A stretch of DNA of 64,000 nucleotides from Candidatus Woesearchaeota archaeon (GCA_964599615.1 CAZRGF010000002.1:15696-79695), one strand, 5' to 3'; counted from the first letter of the stretch, positions 35,514-45,683 are shown. Notes: generated by a model not told the origin, from the sequence alone. Numbers and translations: made by a program.

Positions 35514-36860
35514 ATGTTTGACATAAAGTTTGTAAGAGAGCATGAAAAAGAGATAAGAGATTCAATGCAAAGAAGAGGCAAAAATCTTGAGATACTTGAT
35601 AGTCTGATAAAGAATGACAAAGAATTCAGAGAATTAAAACAACAAGTTGATGACTTAAGACATGAGAGAAATGTTATTTCTGAGAAAATAAATGAAGCTA
35701 AGAAGAAAAATGAAGATGTAAAAAAGATTATTCTGAAAGCAAAGTCTATTCCAGAAGAGCTAAAAGCATTAGAACCAAAATTAAAGGGATTAGAAGAAGA
35801 AATTTGGAAACTAAGCCAAGAAATACCCAATATAATGGACAAAGACGTCCCAATTGGAAAAGACTCTGCAGAGAATAAAACAATAAGGACAATAGGAAAG
35901 GTAAAAAATCTTGGTTTTGAAGTAAAAAGCCATATTGAGATTGCTGAAAAATTAGGTGCTAATTTTGATGTTGGAAGAGAGAATACTGGAAATGGTTTTA
36001 ATTATCTGATTGGAGACATGGCTGAACTTGACCTTTCTTTGGTACATTATGGTTTGGATTTTGTTAAGAGCAAGGGATTCAAACTAGTTATGCCCCCAAT
36101 GATGTTAAGAGAAGAAGCAATTGGCGGAACAATCAATATAAATGATTTCAAGGATATGATTTACAAAGTTGAAGGGGAAGACCTTTATTTAATCGGAACA
36201 GCTGAAAATTCATTAGTCTCTTTGTTCAAAAACAAAACTTTTTCAGAAGATGAACTTCCTGTAAAGATTTCAGCTTATACTCCTTGTTTTAGGAAAGAAA
36301 TCGGAGCTCATGGGATTGATACTAAGGGATTGTTCAGAATGCATCAGTTCAATAAAGTTGAGCAAGTTGTTTTCTGTAAGCCTGAAGATTCTAAGAAAAT
36401 GCTTGAAGAAATGCAGAAGATTTCAGAAGATTTATTTAAATCTTTAGAAATTCCATTCAGGACAATTGAAATCTGTTCTGGAGATTTGGGGAATAAACAA
36501 GCAAAACAATATGACCTTGAATTATGGTCTCCAAGACAAGAAAAATACATGGAAGAAGGTTCTGCAAGCAATTGTAAAGAGTATCAGGCAATACAACTGA
36601 ATACAAAATATATTGACCAGAAAGGAGAAAAGAAATATGTCCATATTCTGAATAATACAATGATTGCTACTCCAAGACCAATGGTGGCTATATTAGAGAA
36701 CTGCCAGCAAAAAGATGGAAGTGTATTAGTTCCTAAACCTTTAATCAAGTACATCGGTAAGAAAGTTCTAGGAAAGATTGAAAAGAAAGAGAAAAAAGCC
36801 AGAAAAGAAAAAGCTAAGAAGGCTGTGAAGAAAAAGGTCAAGAAAAAGAAAAGAGGATAA
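35514..36860 (+). CDS. serS: seryl-tRNA synthetase
   Basis: 448 aa. N-terminal coiled-coil arm, class II motifs (..TPCFRKEIGAHGIDTKGLFRMHQFNKVE.., ..SASNCKEYQA..). Extra Lys-rich C-terminal tail. Confidence 0.95.
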   Translation: MFDIKFVREHEKEIRDSMQRRGKNLEILDSLIKNDKEFRELKQQVDDLRHERNVISEKINEAKKKNEDVKKIILKAKSIPEELKALEPKLKGLEEEIWKLSQEIPNIMDKDVPIGKDSAENKTIRTIGKVKNLGFEVKSHIEIAEKLGANFDVGRENTGNGFNYLIGDMAELDLSLVHYGLDFVKSKGFKLVMPPMMLREEAIGGTININDFKDMIYKVEGEDLYLIGTAENSLVSLFKNKTFSEDELPVKISAYTPCFRKEIGAHGIDTKGLFRMHQFNKVEQVVFCKPEDSKKMLEEMQKISEDLFKSLEIPFRTIEICSGDLGNKQAKQYDLELWSPRQEKYMEEGSASNCKEYQAIQLNTKYIDQKGEKKYVHILNNTMIATPRPMVAILENCQQKDGSVLVPKPLIKYIGKKVLGKIEKKEKKARKEKAKKAVKKKVKKKKRG

Positions 36861-36904
36861 TTGTTCTTTAGATTGATAATCTTTATAAACTTGTTATAAT
36901 CTTG

Positions 36905-37225
36905 ATGAATATGTTTTGGCCAACTTATAGACGTTTAACTTCATTTATTCCAATTCCAACTACATGGTTTGAAAATCTTCATGGTGCTCAAAGATTGAGT
37001 ACATATGAGCATCATAGAACAGAGTATGGGTGGGAAGCTAGCGCTATTTTTGATATTCCAGGTTACAAGCATCTTTGTGGTGCTACATTTAATGAATACT
37101 CTGGGCGCGGAAAAACAAAAGTGGATGCAATAAAAAACTGCCATTTCATGGTCAGACAAGATGCAGATATGTACAAAAAGATGAAAAAAGCTCTTGAACA
37201 GGAAGTAGCTGTTTCATGTTTGTAA
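36905..37225 (+). CDS. hypothetical protein
   Basis: ~106-aa ORF, no motif. Start ambiguous (TTG 36902, ATG 36905 or 36911). Confidence 0.4.
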   Translation: MNMFWPTYRRLTSFIPIPTTWFENLHGAQRLSTYEHHRTEYGWEASAIFDIPGYKHLCGATFNEYSGRGKTKVDAIKNCHFMVRQDADMYKKMKKALEQEVAVSCL

Positions 37226-37305
37226 TCTTTCTAAAAAAGAAAAGATAATTAAATACATTTTCCTTGTGGTGTTATCCTAATTAAATTAAAAAGAGGAGGT
37301 AAAAA

Positions 37306-37713
37306 ATGGTTGATTACATGTCAATGATGAACCCATATGAAAACTTCAACTGGGCTGCTTTAGGAGTATTTGCTTTTGTTTATGTAATCTTCGGATTAGC
37401 AATATACCTTTACACAGCATTAGCTTTAATGGCAATTGCTAAGAAAACAGGGACCAAGAATGGGTAGCTTGCATTTATTCCCATAGCAAACATATATCTG
37501 TTGACACAGATAGTTGGAATCTCTGGCTGGTGGACTTTAGGAATATTGGTGGCAGTAATTCCTTTTGCTGGAGGAATTTTAGTAGGCATTGGAATGGTAT
37601 ACTTGTACTGGAAAACAGCTGAAAAAGTAGGAAAACCAGGATGGTGGGGAATATTGATGATAATCCCGATTGTTGGCTGGATTCTTTTAGGAATAATGGC
37701 TTGGGGCAAATAA
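37306..37713 (+). CDS. small polytopic membrane protein, frame interrupted by in-frame TAG at 37465-37467
   Basis: Strong GAGGAGGT before the ATG at 37306. The frame reads ..MAIAKKTGTKNG*LAFIPIANIYLLTQIVG.. and continues into track ORF 37501-37713 in the same frame. Hydrophobic helices lie on both sides of the stop. Confidence 0.5.
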
Positions 37714-37827
37714 TTTTTTATTTTTTTTCTTTTATTTTTATTTTTTATGCAAAACATTTAAAAATAGCTAATTGATGATATTCTTGAGGTGATAAGTACC
37801 TCAGAGCTTATTCTGAGAAAATTTAAA

Positions 37828-39072
37828 ATGACAGGACAGGGACAATGGACACGAGCTGGGCCGGGAATAATAATCAATTTGGGTTTATCCTCTGATGGAG
37901 TTAGTTTAGATAATCATATTATTGAAGCAAATGGTAGAAAATTTTCTTTATTAGAAGCTTCTGTTATGGACACGAAAGGAGAAGTTTCATTTGACTGTTT
38001 GAATGACGCTTTAGCTAAAGTAGCATTAATTGGTGGATTGCATGGTGAACCAAGAACATTAGTTGCGATAACTAAAGACGAAAGTCCGGTTTATGCAGAA
38101 GTCAATTATCAATATGACACAGATCTTAATCATGGGTTAAGAAATTTAATAGATTATCCTAGGATTGCAAGTATAAACAGTTTTGGCTTTGGTAATTGGC
38201 CAGACTTAGATGCGTTTCTAGCAAATCTAACTATTTCTCATGATCCTGGGACTGTTGTACCTATCCTGGTAGTTGATCCCTCTTTAAGACTAAAACCTTA
38301 TGGAAAAAACAAGGTTGATGACAGTGTTGAAAGAGTTGATGGAAATCCTTGCCCTGAACTTGAGAAATTTGCTGGTAAAGAATATGATGGTTCACTTAAT
38401 TTCCCTGAATTAGACAAGTTTAAAGGATTTCAATTTGGTAACGGAGAATTTGCTTATGTTTATGGTGTTAGTCACAGGGGTAAAAGTCTTATGGTTACTG
38501 GATTTTTGAACCAGGCCCCAAAATTAGGAGAAAAATATGCAGCTTATGATAGTGAATGGGAAATTCAAGCTATTAAACATGAGAAGTTTGAGGATGAATT
38601 TAGAGGAAAAGACCCAAAATACAGAAAAAAACAGTTTTCACAACATCTTAATCTTGTTTTAAAACATTTAGCATATCATCCGCCATTATCCCCATTACAA
38701 CAAAGGGCGAAAATAGTGGAAGATGATAAACTATTTTGGTATACTCTTGTTGCAAGACAAGGATTAGATGTCAAAGAAGTAGCTCCGCTATACACTGACA
38801 AAAGTCCTGTTACTCCATGGTACCAGGCTAAAGACAATCAGTCTGGTGCTGAATTTACTATGGGCTGGAGATGGAGAGTTGATGAATTAAGAGTCTCATT
38901 TGCTAAACCTGTTCCTTCAAAATCATTAGAGCAAGCTTTTGGAAATATAGACACAACGAAACATTCAGAGGATAATGATGGTTTAACTAGTTTTTACATG
39001 ATTCATGCTTGGGGTAGAGACAATACGCAAAAATATCTTTCACAATTAATTGAAATTGCTAGAGGAAGTTAA
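37828..39072 (+). CDS. hypothetical protein (orphan operon gene 1)
   Basis: ~414 aa from the ATG at 37828 (the track uses GTG at 37789). No motif recognised. Confidence 0.55.
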   Translation: MTGQGQWTRAGPGIIINLGLSSDGVSLDNHIIEANGRKFSLLEASVMDTKGEVSFDCLNDALAKVALIGGLHGEPRTLVAITKDESPVYAEVNYQYDTDLNHGLRNLIDYPRIASINSFGFGNWPDLDAFLANLTISHDPGTVVPILVVDPSLRLKPYGKNKVDDSVERVDGNPCPELEKFAGKEYDGSLNFPELDKFKGFQFGNGEFAYVYGVSHRGKSLMVTGFLNQAPKLGEKYAAYDSEWEIQAIKHEKFEDEFRGKDPKYRKKQFSQHLNLVLKHLAYHPPLSPLQQRAKIVEDDKLFWYTLVARQGLDVKEVAPLYTDKSPVTPWYQAKDNQSGAEFTMGWRWRVDELRVSFAKPVPSKSLEQAFGNIDTTKHSEDNDGLTSFYMIHAWGRDNTQKYLSQLIEIARGS

Positions 39073-39074
39073 AA

Positions 39075-39524
39075 ATGGATGAGATAGTAAAAGGAAAACC
39101 GAGGAAGTCAGAATTGGATGAAAATGTAAAAAGAAAACTTAAGCAAGGTTTAGATCAAATAGTCAGTTATAAAATGAATCATGTGGGTTTAATGCAATTC
39201 TTGGTTGGTGGCGTTTATCAGTTAAATATAAGTTCATCTAGTGAAACAGATAGTTGGTCTATAGGATATACTACCCGAAGAACAAGAAAGCAAGGGGATC
39301 AAGGAGCTAATATTATCTTTGATTTTTCTGATTATAAAGTTGAGGGCCAAAGGATACATGCCTCTGGAAACAACCTTGGGGGAGTAGTTGTTGACGAGGC
39401 TCTTGAATTTGTTCATAAGCTATCTCATGAATTTGGATTTCTATATCTTGGGCATAAATATAATCTAATACCAAACAAAATCCAACAAGAAATTGAAAGG
39501 TTACGATTTCAGATAGATGCTTAA
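39075..39524 (+). CDS. hypothetical protein (orphan operon gene 2)
   Basis: 149 aa. Starts 2 nt after the previous stop. Confidence 0.55.
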   Translation: MDEIVKGKPRKSELDENVKRKLKQGLDQIVSYKMNHVGLMQFLVGGVYQLNISSSSETDSWSIGYTTRRTRKQGDQGANIIFDFSDYKVEGQRIHASGNNLGGVVVDEALEFVHKLSHEFGFLYLGHKYNLIPNKIQQEIERLRFQIDA

Positions 39525-39598
39525 TTTAAATTCATAATCTCGAAAAGATAAACTTAAAAACCAATTTTCTTTTACTTTTGTTCGAGGCTAAGGAAAAA

Positions 39599-40294
39599 AT
39601 GTTAAAGAAATTAGGACTAGCTTTGTTACTAACAAGCGGAATTTTTGTGTCTAACGCACTAGGCTCTCTTGAATCAAAAGTTGATACTTTTAATTACAGA
39701 ATTGAGGGGGAAGCATCTATTCTTTTGGGAATAAAACATATCAAAAAACATGCTTATTTTAGGGCAATATACAAAGATGGAAAACTGGATCAAGCCGAAT
39801 TATACACTCCTGAGATTGTATTGCCAAGAGGAAGAGCTGATTCTACAAAATATTCATTTGAAGTAGTAAATGATTCGATTCACTACAATGAAACAAAATA
39901 TAGGTCATTCGCATGTCCCAGAGATACTACCTTTAATATTAATGACATGGATAAAATTGCTTTAGCATTATTAGCTGATTTGATGCGAGTTAAAAGCGAA
40001 CAGGACCTTATTGAAATTAAAGAAAAGTATCCTACTGCTTTTTATAATATTGACAAAATGTATGTTGCAATGAAATTTACTGAAGGAAAAATGAGGGTGA
40101 GGAAAGAGATAGAAACAGAAGACAGTTTTGTTCCAGAAACTTTAGCATATGTTGATATTTCTTCAAAAGCAATTCCTTTAGTAAATAAGGTAAGTCTTTT
40201 TGCAAGATTAGGCGGGAAAGGGCTAGAATTTAGAGAAGGTTTTGCACAATATCCCCTTCTGTTTTCCGCCCGAGTCATGATTTATGAAGAATGA
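39599..40294 (+). CDS. hypothetical secreted/membrane-anchored protein (orphan operon gene 3)
   Basis: MLKKLGLALLLTSGIFVSNALG signal-like N-terminus. Confidence 0.5.
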   Translation: MLKKLGLALLLTSGIFVSNALGSLESKVDTFNYRIEGEASILLGIKHIKKHAYFRAIYKDGKLDQAELYTPEIVLPRGRADSTKYSFEVVNDSIHYNETKYRSFACPRDTTFNINDMDKIALALLADLMRVKSEQDLIEIKEKYPTAFYNIDKMYVAMKFTEGKMRVRKEIETEDSFVPETLAYVDISSKAIPLVNKVSLFARLGGKGLEFREGFAQYPLLFSARVMIYEE

Positions 40295-40333
40295 TGAAAA
40301 AAAGATTTATAAGTGTTAGAGAATTATGATATT

Positions 40334-40996
40334 ATGACAATTACCAAGAAGAAAATCATTAAAACTGAAGAACCAGCTAAAAGACACATAAAGATATTAG
40401 CTGTGGGTGATTTGCATGGTGATTCCAGGCAAGCGCAAAAATTAGCGGACCAAGCTTTCAAAGAAAAAGTGGATTTAGTTGTTCTTTCAGGAGATTTGAC
40501 TTTTGCAGAACAATCTGTTGATTATCTTGTAGGGCCTTTTGCAAGACTTAAACTTAACACTATATTTATTCCTGGAAATCATGAAACAATGGCAACTGCT
40601 AATTTTCTTGAAAAAAGATATCAGCCATATGCTAAGAATATGCATGCAAAAGGAGAAACCATAAATAACACGGGAATTTTTGCAGCAGGCGGAGCGAATA
40701 TTGGCTTGTTTCATTTAAGTGAGAAAGAGATTTATGAAGCTTTGAAAAAAGGATTTGAAAAAGTAAAAGATGCTAAGATAAAGATAATGATCACACATGT
40801 CCATCCTTCTGGTTCTCTTATGGCCAAATTATCTAATCTAGTTCCAGGCTCAGCAGGAGTAAGAAAAGCTATTGAAAGATTAAAGCCTGATTTAGCAATA
40901 TGTTCTCATGTACATGAAGCTGAAGGCATTGAAGAGAGGATAGGCAATACTAAAGTCATCAATGTAGGAAGAAAAGGAAGAATTATTGAGATTTAA
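40334..40996 (+). CDS. calcineurin-like metallophosphoesterase
   Basis: ILAVGDLHGD, LSGDLT, IPGNHE, ITHVHP, CSHVHE motif series. TTTATAAG 20 nt upstream of the ATG at 40334. Confidence 0.8.
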   Translation: MTITKKKIIKTEEPAKRHIKILAVGDLHGDSRQAQKLADQAFKEKVDLVVLSGDLTFAEQSVDYLVGPFARLKLNTIFIPGNHETMATANFLEKRYQPYAKNMHAKGETINNTGIFAAGGANIGLFHLSEKEIYEALKKGFEKVKDAKIKIMITHVHPSGSLMAKLSNLVPGSAGVRKAIERLKPDLAICSHVHEAEGIEERIGNTKVINVGRKGRIIEI

Positions 40997-40997
40997 A

Positions 40998-41753
40998 TTA
41001 AACTTTATTTGGGTCCCATTTCACTTCTTTGTCTACCCTTAGTTGATAAGTGTAATCTCTGGAATTAAGTCCCAGGGCATGGTAATACGATTTTAGTGCA
41101 TGCGTAGTATCTTTTTCCATTTTTCCTATAACTCCCTTGTTTTCACAATCTTTGCAGACAAGATAAGTATAACTATTATCCTTGTCTTTTTGAATAATTC
41201 GCATTTGTCTTTCTCTTTTCACTAAACCCTGTTCTATTAATTCTAAGAGATACTCCTTTTTAGTATTAAGAAATATCCTTCTAGGATTTCTATCTCTTGT
41301 ATCCCCCTCTCCATCTTCGGGAATTTTTAGTGCATAATCATAAAGCTTTCTGATTTTTCTTAAAACCGCTTTTTCAGAAACATCTAGTGTAAGCCCAAGA
41401 GTGATACTACTGAATGAAGGAGCTGCATAAAAAACATCACATCCAGAAGAATATTTTTCATTTCTATCTATTGCAATTGTTGGAACAATTGGTCGGCAGT
41501 GTTCACAAATTCCATCTAATGTTTTATCTCCAGGCATACGACCTCCTAAAGCATCTGAGAATTCTTTTAATTGCTCAAATTGTTGGGGTGTTACAAGATA
41601 ACCTGACCATGCATCAAAATTTTTAAATCCTGCTTTAAGTTTAGCTAATCTTTCTCTTATTCTTCTTTCTTCAATTTCAAGACCCTGTTTTATTAGAGTA
41701 TAGCCCCTTAATTGTTGTGTTTCTGGTTCTCCTTCTCCCATAAAATCAACCAT
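40998..41753 (-). CDS. hypothetical protein
   Basis: 251-aa ORF with CEHC and CKDC pairs. No family recognised. Confidence 0.5.
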   Translation of the reverse strand: MVDFMGEGEPETQQLRGYTLIKQGLEIEERRIRERLAKLKAGFKNFDAWSGYLVTPQQFEQLKEFSDALGGRMPGDKTLDGICEHCRPIVPTIAIDRNEKYSSGCDVFYAAPSFSSITLGLTLDVSEKAVLRKIRKLYDYALKIPEDGEGDTRDRNPRRIFLNTKKEYLLELIEQGLVKRERQMRIIQKDKDNSYTYLVCKDCENKGVIGKMEKDTTHALKSYYHALGLNSRDYTYQLRVDKEVKWDPNKV

Positions 41754-41807
41754 TCTTTGAGGTTTATAAGAATTATGCTAAAAAAACATATATGTTGTTT
41801 ATAGTTT

Positions 41808-42452
41808 CTATGAATGGTGCTTAACTAAGACAAGATTTATCCATTTCTTTTCTTTGTCATGTTCGAGGTGATAACCTTGGTCATAAACAGTGAAGCCGAC
41901 TCTGGTTATTTCGTCCAATAATTCACTTTCTGTCCACTTCTTTCTAAATCTTTTCATTTTTTTATTATAATCTGTTTTTTCAAAAAATCCTTCTTCTGAT
42001 TTCTCATGAATTGTTGTTGCTATGAAAGCGGCACCATCATCATCCAGCAAATCAAAAATTTTCTCTAGCACCATTGAAGCATCATGTCTTGGGAATAAAT
42101 GAATAAATGCTTTTGCAAAAATTCCTTCAAATCTGGATTTTCCAAAGTCATATGCTAAAAAATCCCCAAAAAGATATTTTGTTTTTGGAGCTGCTTTCTG
42201 CGAAATCCGAAGAATCTCTCTTGAAAAATCTATGGCTGTTGTCTCGAACCCTTCTTTTTCAAAATAAGAGAGATTCAATCCTGAACCCGGACCAAGCTCC
42301 AAAACTTTAGCTTTGGTAAAGTGATTTTTTATATACTCAATAAAAGGTGCTGCTATTTTTCTGTCAGAGATAACATAATCTTGCATCTTTCTTCTGTATT
42401 CTTCTGCAAGATGGTCATAAACCTCTTGATTTGATTTGATATACTCTTTCAT
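41808..42452 (-). CDS. class I SAM-dependent methyltransferase
   Basis: VLELGPGSGLNLSYF..AIDFS motif I / post-I. Confidence 0.75.
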   Translation of the reverse strand: MKEYIKSNQEVYDHLAEEYRRKMQDYVISDRKIAAPFIEYIKNHFTKAKVLELGPGSGLNLSYFEKEGFETTAIDFSREILRISQKAAPKTKYLFGDFLAYDFGKSRFEGIFAKAFIHLFPRHDASMVLEKIFDLLDDDGAAFIATTIHEKSEEGFFEKTDYNKKMKRFRKKWTESELLDEITRVGFTVYDQGYHLEHDKEKKWINLVLVKHHS

Positions 42453-42550
42453 GTCAAAACTTGATTTTTACATAGATATAAATTTATCGTATCCTTCTGA
42501 TTGTCAAGCAGAATATATAACTTTATTAAACCTGAAAATCTTTATCTAAA

Positions 42551-42943
42551 ATGGACCTCAACAATATCGGCGAAGACTTTTATAATGAAATCTGGGGAGA
42601 TGAAAAAGTCAGATTACATAGTTCTTGTGTTATTGAAGCTTGTTTGAATATGATAAAAGACACTGACCTTGATTCTGAAATTTTTATTATCGCTGGTTGG
42701 ATACATGATTTGGGGAGAAAGATAGATGTTGCTGAACACCCAAAGATAAGCTTGGATTTTTTAGATAAATTTTTAGAGAAAAATAAACAATTTTTAGAGA
42801 AAAAGGAATTGCTTTCAGACTGTATCTTGAATCATAAAAAATCAGGCAAACCAAATTCAGTTTATGGAATGATTTTTCAAGCAGCTGATAAAGCTGCTTT
42901 GTATAATAAGAGATGGAAAGCTAGTAATTTCACATTTTCGTGA
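42551..42943 (+). CDS. HD-domain protein
   Basis: H..(~25 aa)..AGWIHDLGRK HD signature. 130 aa. Confidence 0.6.
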   Translation: MDLNNIGEDFYNEIWGDEKVRLHSSCVIEACLNMIKDTDLDSEIFIIAGWIHDLGRKIDVAEHPKISLDFLDKFLEKNKQFLEKKELLSDCILNHKKSGKPNSVYGMIFQAADKAALYNKRWKASNFTFS

Positions 42944-42944
42944 T

Positions 42945-44864
42945 TTATAATGTTTCTAGTAAAGAGTATATTCCTTCAGAATCAACACTAAAATAATGCA
43001 ATAATTCTTTAATAGAACCTGTTTTCCCTTTCTCAAAACCACGTTCAACTACCCTTGATGGATGAATTCCACTAATAGCTAACTGTCTGTAAACTGGGAA
43101 TCCCAGAATAGAGGGATTTCCGTTATAAACTATCGCCAAGGGCCGGTTATTTTCTACTAGGTGTTCTATGCCAGACGGATTTTTTACATTTACTACATTC
43201 ACTACTCTGGCTTTTTTTCCTGTTTTATCATAGAATGATTTTGAAGCATCTAAGACTTCTTTGAAAAGCATACCATTTGAAACTAATGTGCAGTCAGCTG
43301 GTTCATTTTGAAAATTAGCTGCATAGCAATCAGCTTCTTTAAACCCACCAAAATCAAAAGGAGTCATGAGTTTATGTGTTCTAATAAACTTTGGACCTGG
43401 TTCATTTAATGCTTTGTTCATCACATAAAACCAATCTAGTTTAGAAGATGGTTCGTAAAGATCTATTCCGGGCATTGTTAAAATAACTCCTGGCTGTCCT
43501 GATGATTGATGAGTAAAACCATTTTTTGCAGCTGCTAGCCCGGGTTCAACAGAATATATTATTGCCTTGTCTTTTGCTTGAGCAAGGACATTCATTTGAT
43601 CTACGAATCTGTAGACAAAAGCATCTCCACATAGAACAATGACTTCTGAACTTGGTTCTGTTGTCTTGATTCCATGTAACATCGCAAGAACATGCTGTTC
43701 CCTTATTCCGACATTGATATAATGCAGGTTTGGAATCGCAAATTTTCCTTCATCATAAACTAATGTCCTAGGCGGATAATCTGCTGTCAGCACATAGATA
43801 TTCTTGGATTTTCCAAATTCAGACAATCCTTGAAGATATTCAAATAGATAGTCATATGAGGTCTCTAGTTTTCCATTGTTTTGTGGACTGATACATATTT
43901 TATCTGGAATTTCTGTGCTAACTCTTATTTGGGGCTTGTTCTTTCGGGTTATTTTCTTTTTTGGAATCTGGATATTCTTTCCTTCAATCTGTTTGGTAAG
44001 CTGGTCTATTTCTTCTTCAATTGGAACGTTGTTTCTTTTTGTATCTTCTGGATTATTATGATAAACATGATATCCATTATAACTGCTTTTCGCTCCCTTA
44101 ATTCCATTTCCTTTTGTTGTACTAGCAATTATACAAACAGGGCCTTTTTTAGAAAGTTCAAGGGCCTGTTTATATGCAAAATAAATATCAGGAACACTAT
44201 TCCCCTTTTCTAACTTAATCACTTGATAACCATATCCCCGCCAGACCTGACTTATGTCTGTTTTTTTATCGGTTTTATTTGTTGATGTAGATAATTGTTT
44301 CTTGTTTTGGTCAATTATGACTATTAAACCATCTAAAGAAAGATTTGCAGCATGCCTTGCAGCTTCTCCTATACTTCCTTCTTGTTCTTCACCATCCCCT
44401 ATAAAACAAAAGACCCTGTTTTCAAGACCTCTTTTTCTAAATGAAAGTCTTGAACCAACTGCATATGAAAGGACCATTCCAAGATTTCCTGAGGGAGTTA
44501 TGTCTACCCCAGGAGTTATCTCCATATTCTCATGCCCTGGAAGTCTTGAGCCAAATTTTCTATATTCTGACATTTCTTCTTGTTTTAGCCAACCTAGCAG
44601 AGCAAAAAGATTATATCTCAAAGGTCCAAGATGCCCTCTTGCTACAATATAATCTCTGTTGGGATCTTTGGGATCATCAGAATTTAATTGAAGAAAGTCT
44701 GAAAAATATAGGACAGACATTAGTTCATTGCTTGAACAACAGCCCCCGACATGGCCTGTCTGGGCTTGAAAGATTGTCCTTAGCATGTTTCTTTTCACTA
44801 GCTTAGAGATTAACCCCAGATTTTCAAGTTCTTCCTTGATATCCTTGTGTTCATTAGTTTTCAT
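42945..44864 (-). CDS. tkt: transketolase (fused N- and C-terminal halves)
   Basis: GHVGGCCSS, RDYIVARGH, PGHENMEITPGVDITPSGNLG, GDGEEQEGSIGEAARHAANLSLDGLIVIIDQN ThDP-binding motifs. 639 aa. Confidence 0.8.
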   Translation of the reverse strand: MKTNEHKDIKEELENLGLISKLVKRNMLRTIFQAQTGHVGGCCSSNELMSVLYFSDFLQLNSDDPKDPNRDYIVARGHLGPLRYNLFALLGWLKQEEMSEYRKFGSRLPGHENMEITPGVDITPSGNLGMVLSYAVGSRLSFRKRGLENRVFCFIGDGEEQEGSIGEAARHAANLSLDGLIVIIDQNKKQLSTSTNKTDKKTDISQVWRGYGYQVIKLEKGNSVPDIYFAYKQALELSKKGPVCIIASTTKGNGIKGAKSSYNGYHVYHNNPEDTKRNNVPIEEEIDQLTKQIEGKNIQIPKKKITRKNKPQIRVSTEIPDKICISPQNNGKLETSYDYLFEYLQGLSEFGKSKNIYVLTADYPPRTLVYDEGKFAIPNLHYINVGIREQHVLAMLHGIKTTEPSSEVIVLCGDAFVYRFVDQMNVLAQAKDKAIIYSVEPGLAAAKNGFTHQSSGQPGVILTMPGIDLYEPSSKLDWFYVMNKALNEPGPKFIRTHKLMTPFDFGGFKEADCYAANFQNEPADCTLVSNGMLFKEVLDASKSFYDKTGKKARVVNVVNVKNPSGIEHLVENNRPLAIVYNGNPSILGFPVYRQLAISGIHPSRVVERGFEKGKTGSIKELLHYFSVDSEGIYSLLETL

Positions 44865-44936
44865 TTTTAGTTATACTTGTTCTTATTTTAGGGTTATAAA
44901 AACTTTATTGTACTCAAAAGCACATCTTTGTGGTGT

Positions 44937-45398
44937 TCATGTTTCGTAATTCTTTGTCTTGAGTGTGTGAATTGCATCACAGCAGATTATAAATGCTTTG
45001 GTTGTCCATAAATCTCCGTCAGGAGAGTCATATGCTTGTTCATAGGATACCATTACCGGAACTTCTCTACTGCAGACTGGGCAAGCACGAGATATATGTG
45101 GCTTGAAATCTTCAGCAGTCTCTATTTCATGGTCTATACTTAGTGCATAATAATAAGCAGTAGAATATTTTCCCGGGTAATAATACCATGAAGGATAGGG
45201 TTTTGGTTTTTTTCCTTTATGTATCAAGAATTCTTCTTTTGTTTTTTTAAGCCCTTGAAGTGCGGTACAAATCTCTTCTAACATATTCACTTTCTTTTCA
45301 GTTGTCTTCAATTCATCTTCTTTTCTCTTTCTTTCTTGTCTAGTTTCTTCTAAAAGTGCTATGTAATCTGTAGAAGACCTTTTTTTTGTTTTAGTCAT
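44937..45398 (-). CDS. hypothetical protein
   Basis: 153 aa. N-terminal coiled coil and a CPVC pair. Confidence 0.5.
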   Translation of the reverse strand: MTKTKKRSSTDYIALLEETRQERKRKEDELKTTEKKVNMLEEICTALQGLKKTKEEFLIHKGKKPKPYPSWYYYPGKYSTAYYYALSIDHEIETAEDFKPHISRACPVCSREVPVMVSYEQAYDSPDGDLWTTKAFIICCDAIHTLKTKNYET

Positions 45399-45407
45399 TT
45401 TTTAAGT

Positions 45408-45683
45408 TTATTTTAATTTCTCTTTATATAATAACTTGCCACATTTTTGACAACAATACCCCATCCCTCTTTCTATAACATCGGGAAAATCGGGGACATC
45501 AAAACCAAAACTTCCGATAAGATATGAGTTCATGGGATTATCATGTTTCTCTTGATATGGTTCTGGTTTTATCTCACTTTTGGAGTATAGTATGTCACAT
45601 TTTTCACAATAAAAAATTCCTTTTCTTTCAAGTTCACCAAGTCTTGCTACAAGAGTTCGAACTTTTTCTGATTTTTGTTCCAT
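45408..45683 (-). CDS. hypothetical zinc-ribbon protein
   Basis: CEKC .. CQKC pairs. ATG at 45683 (MEQKSEKV) preferred over the TTG at 45740, which would overlap the upstream gene. Confidence 0.45.
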   Translation of the reverse strand: MEQKSEKVRTLVARLGELERKGIFYCEKCDILYSKSEIKPEPYQEKHDNPMNSYLIGSFGFDVPDFPDVIERGMGYCCQKCGKLLYKEKLK

